Assembly: GCA_913020725.1 (NCBI GenBank)
Contig: CAJWCD010000002.1
Span: forward strand, 4,217 to 68,216
Direction of reading: 5' to 3'
From: an uncultured Pseudomonadota bacterium
GTDB lineage: Bacteria; SAR324; NAC60-12
DNA length: 64,000 bases
Made by a program: the position numbers and the translations under genes. This document shows positions 57,205 to 64,000 of this stretch, piece after piece; within the stretch, counting starts at the first letter, position 1, and every line of letters begins with the position of its first letter. The notes beneath the pieces are model-generated. The model had not been told where the DNA came from and ran no database searches. It saw nothing but the letters and a program-made list of their open reading frames with translations.

Positions 57205-58128
57205 ATGAGTTCCGCACGACTCGGTTTCATCGGCGTTTCCACAGCACAATCTCTCGTCAATGAACTGTTTCCGAGGTGGTCCAAAACCCTTGGCCTCGGA
57301 ATCGGCGAGGTGGTGGGGATTGACCTGCCCGTCAATCTCACCGGAGACGCGATTCGCAGTGCGGTGTTGCGCATCCGGGAGGATACTTCCGTGTCCGGAG
57401 CTTTGGTGACCACGCACAAGGTTGCCGTTTGGGAACACACCCGCGATCTTTTCAAGAAGTTCGACGAACACGCCCAGCGGCTTTGCGAAGTTAGTTGTCT
57501 CTCCCGGAATCCTCAAGGTGACTTGGTGGGCCATGCCAAGGATCCGATCACTGCCGGACTGGCATGGGATCAGGTTGTGTCCTCCTACCACTGGTCCCGG
57601 CATCCGGAAGCAGAATTGCTGATTCTCGGATCCGGAGGCGCAGGGGTGGCTCTTGCGTGGAATGTGCTACAGCGTGAATCTGCTCCCCGGATGGTGACAC
57701 TCACTGAACTGAATCCGGAACGCCTGCTCGCGGCCAAGTCGCACCTTCAGAAATTTGATCGCTCACAAGTCCATGTCAGTCTCACGGGCACCCCTGCTGT
57801 AGCAGACCGTCATCTGGGGCACCTTCCTCCGCATAGTGTGGTGGTCAATGCCACGGGACTTGGCAAGGACCGCCCCGGTTCTCCGCTCACTGATGCAGCC
57901 CAGTTTCCAAAGCACGGGATTGTCTGGGAGTTCAACTATCGGGGAGAGCGGCAGTTTCTCACGCAAGCTCAGGAGCAGATGCAAGCTCAGCAACTCCAAA
58001 TTGTGGACGGCTGGGATTATTTTCTGCTGGGTTGGGCACATGTCAGCGCAGAGGTTTTCCATTTTGATTTGACTCCGGAGTGCTTCCAAACCCTTAAGGA
58101 AACTGCGCAACCCCTTCGCCCCATTTGA
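57205..58128 (+). CDS. Shikimate/quinate 5-dehydrogenase family protein
   Basis: N-terminal substrate domain (GFIGVSTAQS...ALVTTHKV) and Rossmann motif ILGSGGAGVALAWNV match the AroE family. Confidence 0.7.
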   Translation: MSSARLGFIGVSTAQSLVNELFPRWSKTLGLGIGEVVGIDLPVNLTGDAIRSAVLRIREDTSVSGALVTTHKVAVWEHTRDLFKKFDEHAQRLCEVSCLSRNPQGDLVGHAKDPITAGLAWDQVVSSYHWSRHPEAELLILGSGGAGVALAWNVLQRESAPRMVTLTELNPERLLAAKSHLQKFDRSQVHVSLTGTPAVADRHLGHLPPHSVVVNATGLGKDRPGSPLTDAAQFPKHGIVWEFNYRGERQFLTQAQEQMQAQQLQIVDGWDYFLLGWAHVSAEVFHFDLTPECFQTLKETAQPLRPI

Positions 58129-58129
58129 G

Positions 58130-58714
58130 ATGATCCCTCCGATCCGTGCCAACTTTGACGCCACGACGGGCCACTTTCCCCAAGCCACTGGCCACTACCA
58201 AAAAACGCTCGAGGATTTGGCAGGGCTCTACTACGATCAGGATGCGTTTGCGGCACTACTGCAGGAGTGGAAGGGTCGATTCGTTTATGAAGTTTGGGAG
58301 CATCGGGCTTCTAAGGATTCTGGTGATTTGGTTTTTGGAACCAGCGTCATGCAACCCGGGCAGGTCGGGAACGAATTTTTCCTGACGAGAGGGCACCAGC
58401 ATCTCCTTGCTGACCGTGCCGAAACCTACTACTGTCTGTCTGGTAGCGGATTAGTGCTGATGGAAAGCCCCGCGGGGGAAGCCAAGGTGCTGGAGCAGGT
58501 TCCGGGGCAACTGGTCTATGTCCCGCCGCACTGGATTCACCGCAGCATCAACACCGGAGATTCCGTGCTGACCACCTTGTTCTGCTACAACGCCGATGCA
58601 GGACAAGACTATGAGATCATCCGGAAGCGTGGAGGAATGCGAAAACTCATAGTCACAGACGGCAACGGCGGTTGGGCGCTTGCAGACAACCCCAACTATG
58701 TCAGTCCTTCCTGA
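58130..58714 (+). CDS. Cupin-type glucose-6-phosphate isomerase (archaeal-type cPGI)
   Basis: Cupin PGI signatures ...FFLTRGHQH...ETYYCLSG... and ...YVPPHWIHRSINTGD. Starts 2 nt after the preceding stop. Confidence 0.7.
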   Translation: MIPPIRANFDATTGHFPQATGHYQKTLEDLAGLYYDQDAFAALLQEWKGRFVYEVWEHRASKDSGDLVFGTSVMQPGQVGNEFFLTRGHQHLLADRAETYYCLSGSGLVLMESPAGEAKVLEQVPGQLVYVPPHWIHRSINTGDSVLTTLFCYNADAGQDYEIIRKRGGMRKLIVTDGNGGWALADNPNYVSPS

Positions 58715-59016
58715 CTCCCAAGTAGTTGATTAGTAGGCAGTTAATGCGATCTCTACGAGATTTGCTATCGCACCTACACAGCTCTTTTCGAGAGCTCTGA
58801 CGACTCGAATTGAATCCAGAAAGCAATGCCAAAATTCGTGAATTTGTTTTGAACATGAGTTTGGGATCAGCAAACAGAGGTGCGACCAGTCGATTCCCAC
58901 CCTTTGAAAAGGAGGATCAAGGGAGATTTTGAAGCAGAAACGTTTTGAAAACCCACTGCCTCACTTTTCGAAATGAGGGCCTTGATCCAAAACTCACATT
59001 ATTGAGAAAAATTAAG

Positions 59017-60060
59017 ATGCTAACCACATTCGATCCGCAACAGGCATGGCATTTTTATCGCCAGATGCGGCGTATTCGGGTTTTTGAAGAACGGGTGGGA
59101 GAACTGTTTATGCGTGGAGGCACGGCAGGTTCGATGCTGCACCTCTCAATCGGAGAGGAATCTGCTGCTGTTGGAGTGGGAGAGGCAATGCGTCAGGGTG
59201 ATGGCTTCACGACACACCACCGTGGACACGGCATCTTCCTCGCCCGAGGCGCAGACCCCAAACGCATGATGGCAGAAATCGGCGGCAAAGCGGAGGGATA
59301 CTGCCGAGGCAAAGGCGGGTCCATGCACATTGCCGACAGAAAATTGGGGCATCTCGGAGCAAACGCGATTGTTGGCGGAGGCATCACCCATGTCGTCGGT
59401 GCTGGCCTGTCCTATCAACTCCAGCAGACCGGGCAGGTTGCCGTGGCTTTTTTTGGAGACGGCGCGATGCAACAAGGAGGGTTGTACGAGAGCATGAACC
59501 TTGCGGCACTCTGGAAACTTCCGGTCATCTTCGTCTGCATCAACAACGAATACGGGATGGGAACCCGTCTGGATCAAGCCAGTGCGTCCTTGGAGTTTGC
59601 CCGGAGAGCCGAGACTTTTGGACTGGAGGGACGAGAAGTGGACGGATTGGAAGTGATCCAGATCTATCGCATTGCGCGAGTGCTGCTTGAAGGGGCAAGA
59701 CAGGGGCGTCCAGCGTTTTTGAAGATCAACTGCTACCGCTTTTTTGGTCACGCCCGCATGGACAAGAGCCCTTATCGGAAGGAGGAGGAGGAGGAATCCG
59801 GACGAAAGAAGGATGCTCTTGAACACCTCGGGCAACTCATGACGCGCGAGGAATGGGCGACTGCAACCGAGTTTGAAGAGACAGACAACGAGGTTGGTGT
59901 AGAAATGGACGAAGCCATGGATTATGCCTTGAAGACGGCTGATCCGGAACTGCCCCAAAGGTTTGAGGATGTGTTCTCCCGCGAGACTCCACAGCCGGTT
60001 CCGGTCGATGATCGCATCCGCAAGACGATGCTTTCCCCCGTGCTAGCAGGTTCACAATGA
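59017..60060 (+). CDS. acoA: TPP-dependent acetoin/pyruvate dehydrogenase E1 alpha subunit
   Basis: TPP-binding region ...GGKAEGYCRGKGGSMHI...GDGAMQQGGLYESMNLAALWKLPVIFVCINNEYGMGT. Start taken at ATG 59017 (tracked ORF from 58945). Confidence 0.8.
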   Translation: MLTTFDPQQAWHFYRQMRRIRVFEERVGELFMRGGTAGSMLHLSIGEESAAVGVGEAMRQGDGFTTHHRGHGIFLARGADPKRMMAEIGGKAEGYCRGKGGSMHIADRKLGHLGANAIVGGGITHVVGAGLSYQLQQTGQVAVAFFGDGAMQQGGLYESMNLAALWKLPVIFVCINNEYGMGTRLDQASASLEFARRAETFGLEGREVDGLEVIQIYRIARVLLEGARQGRPAFLKINCYRFFGHARMDKSPYRKEEEEESGRKKDALEHLGQLMTREEWATATEFEETDNEVGVEMDEAMDYALKTADPELPQRFEDVFSRETPQPVPVDDRIRKTMLSPVLAGSQ

Positions 60061-61031
60061 CTGAAACAACCTACCGCGAAGCCCTGAGGCTCGCCCTGCA
60101 AGAGGCCATGCGAGAGGATGCATCCATTCTCGTCATCGGGGAGGATGTGGGACGCTACGGAGGCGCCTACGGAGTCACGAAGGGGATGCTGGAGGAGTTC
60201 GGCGAGTCACGCATCCGCGACACTCCGATTTCGGAAGAGGGCATTGTTGGAGCCGCAGTCGGAACTGCAATGACAGGACTGCGCCCGGTTGTGGAATTGA
60301 TGTATGTGGATTTTGTGATGTTGGCGATGGATCAGCTTGCCAATCAAGCCGCAAAAATCCGCTACATGTTCGGCGGTCAGATTGGAGTGCCCATGGTGTT
60401 GCGGGCACAGGGAGGCACAGGGCGTTCCGGTGCAGCTCAACACTCGCAGAGTCTGGAAGCTTGGATGATGCACACGCCCGGATTGCATGTTGCTATGCCT
60501 GCGACGGTGACCGATGCTTATGTCCTGCTTCGACATTCGTTGACCCTTCCGGATCCTGTTGTCTTCCTTGAACACAAGGGACTCTACACCATGAAAGGGG
60601 AGTTAACTCCGGAAATTGCACTGCCATGGGGCCAAGCGGAGATTCGACGGAAAGGAACGGACTTCACGCTCATCACCTACTCCCGGATGGTCCACCGCGC
60701 CCTTGAGGCGGCAGACAGCCTTGCCGTTAACGGTATCCACGCCGAGGTCATTGACCTCCGGACCCTGCACCCTCTCGACATGGAAACGGTCACTACTTCT
60801 GTTGCGAAAACAGGCCGCGCCTTAGTTGTCACGGAAGACTGCCTCACTGCAGGAGTCAGTGCAGAACTCGCTGCCTGCATCATGGAAGGGGCTTTCGATT
60901 ATCTGGAAGAACCGGTGCTGCGGCTTGCAGGTGAAGACATTCCTATTCCGGTGGCTGCTGGTTTGGAGGCCGAAGCTGTGCCGAACGTCGAGCGCATCGT
61001 CGAAACCGCGAAACTGCTGTTGCGACAATGA
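60057..61031 (+). CDS. acoB: Acetoin/pyruvate dehydrogenase E1 beta subunit
   Basis: 324 aa transketolase-like beta subunit (...VIGEDVGRYGGAYGVTKGMLEEFG...). 4-nt overlap with acoA. Confidence 0.85.
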   Translation: MTETTYREALRLALQEAMREDASILVIGEDVGRYGGAYGVTKGMLEEFGESRIRDTPISEEGIVGAAVGTAMTGLRPVVELMYVDFVMLAMDQLANQAAKIRYMFGGQIGVPMVLRAQGGTGRSGAAQHSQSLEAWMMHTPGLHVAMPATVTDAYVLLRHSLTLPDPVVFLEHKGLYTMKGELTPEIALPWGQAEIRRKGTDFTLITYSRMVHRALEAADSLAVNGIHAEVIDLRTLHPLDMETVTTSVAKTGRALVVTEDCLTAGVSAELAACIMEGAFDYLEEPVLRLAGEDIPIPVAAGLEAEAVPNVERIVETAKLLLRQ

Positions 61032-62440
61032 AAGAGAAAATCCTCTCCCTTCCCCGGATGGGGGAGACAATGGAGGAGGGCACGGTACTCACTTGGCTCA
61101 AGTCAGCCGGGGATTCCTTCCGTCGAGGCGAGGTTTTGCTGGAGTTGGAAACCGACAAGATGGTGGTTGAGGTTCCGGCTCTTGAGGATGGATCGTTACT
61201 GGAAATCCTTGCCCCAGAGGAGTCGAAAGTAGAAATCGGTACCGCGCTTGCCCGGGTTCTTGGTGTGGAGGACTCTGGTACCGAACCGCCGGGAGCAGCA
61301 CTCAGCCCGGAAACAACTTCTCTGGCTCCAGACGCGAATCCGAGTGTGGATTCGAGAGGCATGGCCTCGGTTACTCTACAGACGGCTGTGCCTATTTCGA
61401 AAACGGCGATGACTCCGGATGCAGCAGCGGAAGTGGCCGAGCCTACACAGGGTCGTTTTCGTGCATCACCCGCCGCACGCCGTCTGGCGCAAAGGCACGA
61501 TATTTCCCTCGCGGCTGCTGCTGGCACAGGACCGTTGGGGCGTATTACGCGCGCGGATATCGAACAGCTGATTGACTCCGCAAACTCTGCCAGAAATCTC
61601 CCGGCGTTGGAGTCAGTTGCTCCAGAATCTTCGGTGTCCGAACATTGGTGCGAACTGGGAAGCCTCCGGATACGCTACATCCGCAAGGGGGTTCCGGAGC
61701 AGACTCCGCTTTTGTTCATTCACGGATTCGGGTCCGACCGCCACACTTGGCGCTACAACCTTGGTGTCCTCTCGAAGCACCGTGAGGTGTGGGCATTGGA
61801 CCTTCCGGGACACGGTGATTCTTCAGGGATCGGAGCGTTAGGGGCCTCTCAACCATTGGGGATTCCGGAATATGCAGAGATCGTCGTGCAATTTCTTGCA
61901 GCGCAGAACCTTGCGCGGGTCCATCTCATTGGCCATTCGCTGGGCGGAGGTGTTGCTTTACAGCTTGCTGTGCGGCAACCTCAGGTGCTCGCGAGCCTTG
62001 CCTTGCTGGCACCAATTGGACTTGGTCGCGAGATCAACCGGGATTTCATCGAGGGCTTCATTTTGGCAACAACTCGTACAGCCCTAACCGATTTATTGCA
62101 TCGGCTTTTCTACAGCGGGACATGGGTGAATGCTTCGTTACTGGACTCGCTGGAGGAGCAACGCCGTGATCCGGGAAGGCTCGGTGCCCTGAGGAAGACC
62201 GCGCAGGCCCTTCATGATAATGGAGTGCAGCACTGGCAGATCCGTGAACAGCTCTCTGGATTGCCGATGCCAGTGAAGGTGATCTGGGGACGCGAGGACC
62301 AAGTGATCCCCTCCGCACACGCTTGGGGGCTTCCGGGGGAGATCGCGGTCCACCTGTTTCCGGAAACCGGACACATGGCCCATGTCGAACAGTCCGTCGC
62401 AGTGAACCGCCTGCTCGAAGAATTGGTCGCGTTCGAGTAA
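61028..62440 (+). CDS. acoC: Acetoin dehydrogenase E2 component AcoC-type: lipoyl domain + E3-binding domain + alpha/beta-hydrolase domain
   Basis: N-terminal lipoyl domain (...LELETDKMVVEVPA...), PSBD (SPAARRLAQRHDISLAAAAGTGPLGRITRADIE), then alpha/beta-hydrolase (HGFGSD...IGHSLGG) in place of the catalytic acyltransferase domain. Confidence 0.7.
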   Translation: MKEKILSLPRMGETMEEGTVLTWLKSAGDSFRRGEVLLELETDKMVVEVPALEDGSLLEILAPEESKVEIGTALARVLGVEDSGTEPPGAALSPETTSLAPDANPSVDSRGMASVTLQTAVPISKTAMTPDAAAEVAEPTQGRFRASPAARRLAQRHDISLAAAAGTGPLGRITRADIEQLIDSANSARNLPALESVAPESSVSEHWCELGSLRIRYIRKGVPEQTPLLFIHGFGSDRHTWRYNLGVLSKHREVWALDLPGHGDSSGIGALGASQPLGIPEYAEIVVQFLAAQNLARVHLIGHSLGGGVALQLAVRQPQVLASLALLAPIGLGREINRDFIEGFILATTRTALTDLLHRLFYSGTWVNASLLDSLEEQRRDPGRLGALRKTAQALHDNGVQHWQIREQLSGLPMPVKVIWGREDQVIPSAHAWGLPGEIAVHLFPETGHMAHVEQSVAVNRLLEELVAFE

Positions 62441-62475
62441 ATCCGGCACAACTTCACCCCAGCAGTGTAGAGCCG

Positions 62476-63408
62476 ATGATTTTGTGTTGCGGAGAAGCCC
62501 TGATCGATTTCATGCCGTTCCGGGACTCTGAAGCTCAAACCGCTTATCGATCCTGTCCCGGAGGCTCTCCACTCAACACCGCCGTGGCGCTAGGACGGCT
62601 TGGTACATCGGTTGGGTTCTTGAGTGGAATTTCGCAGGATTTCTTCGGCAATCTCCTAGTTTCGCACCTTGAGGAAAGTGGGGTCAACTGCTCCCTGCTC
62701 TGCCGCGTGGATCACGACACCACGCTGGCTTTCGTAAGTGCGAAATCCGCGGCTGGCGAGGTAGAATACGCCTTCTACGCCAAAGAAACCGCAGACCGAT
62801 CCCTCAAACTGACGGACCTTCCATCCTGTTTACCCGAGTCTGTCCGTGCCCTGCAATTCGGTTCAGTTTCTCTCGTCATGGAGCCGACCGCCTCGACCCT
62901 CGAGGCTCTGATGCTCCGGGAGTCTCCGCACCGACTTATCTCTCTGGATCCGAACATCCGTCCCAACCTAATTCCGGATCGGACTGCCTATCGGATGCGT
63001 TTCGAGGGCTGGCTTGCACAGGTTCATCTGCTCAAGGCAAGTGTGACCGACCTTGCATGGATCTATCCCGGCGAGAACTTTTCAGAGGTCATCAGCCGGA
63101 TTATGTCACGGCGTGTACAGGCGGTCTTTTTGACCGATGGAGAGAAAGGCGCTTGGGTCTACACCCGTAATCAGCGGGTTTTCGCGGAGGCCGTTTCCGT
63201 CAATGTTCTCGATACCGTGGGTGCCGGAGATTCTTTCCACGCCGCAATCCTTCACAAGCTTGCGGAACTGAACTATCTCGACCCCGGAGGGTTGGATCGG
63301 ATTGGCGATGAGGATTTGGGCATCTGTCTGCGCTTCGCGAACAAGGTCGCCGCGCTCACCTGCACTCGCGCTGGTGCCGATCCTCCTCGCAAGTCAGAGG
63401 TTGTTTGA
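62476..63408 (+). CDS. PfkB-family carbohydrate kinase (fructokinase-like)
   Basis: ...ILCCGEALIDF...GGSPLNTAVALGRLG... and C-terminal DTVGAGDSF are PfkB signatures. Start at ATG 62476 (tracked ORF from 62323 overlaps acoC). Confidence 0.8.
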   Translation: MILCCGEALIDFMPFRDSEAQTAYRSCPGGSPLNTAVALGRLGTSVGFLSGISQDFFGNLLVSHLEESGVNCSLLCRVDHDTTLAFVSAKSAAGEVEYAFYAKETADRSLKLTDLPSCLPESVRALQFGSVSLVMEPTASTLEALMLRESPHRLISLDPNIRPNLIPDRTAYRMRFEGWLAQVHLLKASVTDLAWIYPGENFSEVISRIMSRRVQAVFLTDGEKGAWVYTRNQRVFAEAVSVNVLDTVGAGDSFHAAILHKLAELNYLDPGGLDRIGDEDLGICLRFANKVAALTCTRAGADPPRKSEVV

Positions 63409-63594
63409 GTATGCAAAAACCGCTGGACTCGTTTGTCAAAGAATCTCAATCTGCTATCGTTCTTCTTGATTGAACTGCTGTAATCGCTCATTAGACCCCT
63501 CAAGCTTGCTGGTTTGAAAGGTTCTGACACTAACGCAACTCACCTTTTTCACCAGACGCTGAGTTGCACTTACGAATTGAACCCACGCCTACAG

Positions 63595-64000
63595 ATGACC
63601 GAACTTTTCAAAAAAACTGCTACTGAAGTTGTTGAACTCCTGAAAGCAGGAGAGATAACTCCAGCAGAACTTCTTGAGGTTGCTATTTCACGAATCGAAG
63701 CTGTCGATGGGCAAATCAACGCACTGCCGATAAGATGTTTTGATCGTGCACAGGAGCAAGCGAAGCAGATGGTTCGTCCAAGCGATGATTCCTCTCGCGG
63801 GCATTTGTATGGATTGCCCATCGCAGTGAAAGACTACAACGATGTCGGCGGTGTGCTGACCACCTACGGCTCTCCGATTTATGCTGAAAATGTTCCGGAT
63901 AAGTCAGACACTACAATAGCTCATTTGGAAAAAAACGGGGCGATTCCGATAGCAAAATCGAATGTTCCGGAATGGGCCGGAGGTCATACTTTCAATCCAA
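63595..64000 (+). CDS. Amidase-signature family protein (5' part; continues beyond the window)
   Basis: Manual translation gives MTELFKKTATEVVELLKAGEITPAELLEVAISRIEAVDGQINAL...GLPIAVKDYNDVGGVLTTYGSP..., a GatA/amidase N-terminus. Lower-GC region. Confidence 0.65.
   Translation, partial: MTELFKKTATEVVELLKAGEITPAELLEVAISRIEAVDGQINALPIRCFDRAQEQAKQMVRPSDDSSRGHLYGLPIAVKDYNDVGGVLTTYGSPIYAENVPDKSDTTIAHLEKNGAIPIAKSNVPEWAGGHTFNP

Noticed and set aside
58715-59016. Sigma-54 promoter or AcoR-binding enhancer upstream of acoA
   Set aside because: I looked for TGGCAC-N5-TTGC and found no match. Only short palindromes are present (AGCTCTtttcgAGAGCT, CCTCActtttcgaaaTGAGG), which are insufficient to call.
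63535-63567. 8-bp-stem hairpin GCAACTCA-N17-TGAGTTGC between the pfkB-like gene and the amidase
   Set aside because: No U-tract follows, so it is not a convincing intrinsic terminator, and there is no obvious operator context. Noted only as a possible mRNA structure.
1-64000. CRISPR arrays, rRNA/tRNA genes, transposases, integrases, phage genes
   Set aside because: No regularly spaced direct repeats, no rRNA-like or tRNA-like conserved blocks, and no ORF with recombinase or transposase motifs seen on either strand. The only TA-like elements are an orphan antitoxin and a HigA remnant.

Overview
High-GC (~58-60%) bacterial chromosomal segment, almost all on the + strand, with a lower-GC accessory stretch at the 3' end. 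Skp/OmpH and TonB-like genes point to a Gram-negative (diderm) organism. (i) 1-16.3 kb: a contiguous str/S10/spc/alpha ribosomal super-operon, rpsL(3' end)-rpsG-fusA-tuf-rpsJ-rplD-rplW-rplB-rpsS-rplV-rpsC-rplP-rpmC-rpsQ-rplN-rplX-rplE-rpsZ-rpsH-rplF-rplR-rpsE-rpmD-rplO-secY-rpmJ-rpsM-rpsK-rpoA-rplQ. rplC, rpsD and adk/map/infA are absent from their canonical slots. (ii) 16.3-27.7 kb: rimO, yebC, ruvC, ruvA, ssb, smc, hisD, an acyl-CoA dehydrogenase, and tsaB/tsaE on the minus strand. (iii) 27.5-34.7 kb: an unrecognised ORF translationally coupled to dnaG-rpoD, followed by a 962-aa secreted TPR protein. (iv) An orphan Phd/YefM (VapB-type) antitoxin and a ~500-bp repeat-rich non-coding region. 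(v) skp-fabZ-gatC, a TonB-like gene, yhbY and metG. (vi) A fragmented complex-I locus, nuoABCD then nuoHI, interrupted by a HigA-antitoxin remnant and a DUF1989 gene. nuoEFG and nuoJ-N are not in the window. (vii) Immediately after nuoI comes the most interesting block. It holds a long (542 aa) ThyX-like protein, a GTP-cyclohydrolase-II-like protein with a ~230-aa N-terminal extension (URC1-like), a 416-aa unknown (possibly DUF1688/URC4-like) and uracil phosphoribosyltransferase. Together these look like a bacterial version of the URC pyrimidine-degradation pathway. It runs on into a lower-GC island (about 50.7-58.9 kb) with HPS/PHI (RuMP-type), a sugar ABC transporter carrying a perfect 23-bp tandem duplication at one gene junction, an AroE-like dehydrogenase and a cupin-type phosphoglucose isomerase. 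Then come acoABC (acetoin dehydrogenase), a PfkB kinase and the start of an amidase. No rRNA, tRNA, CRISPR, transposase or integrase was found.
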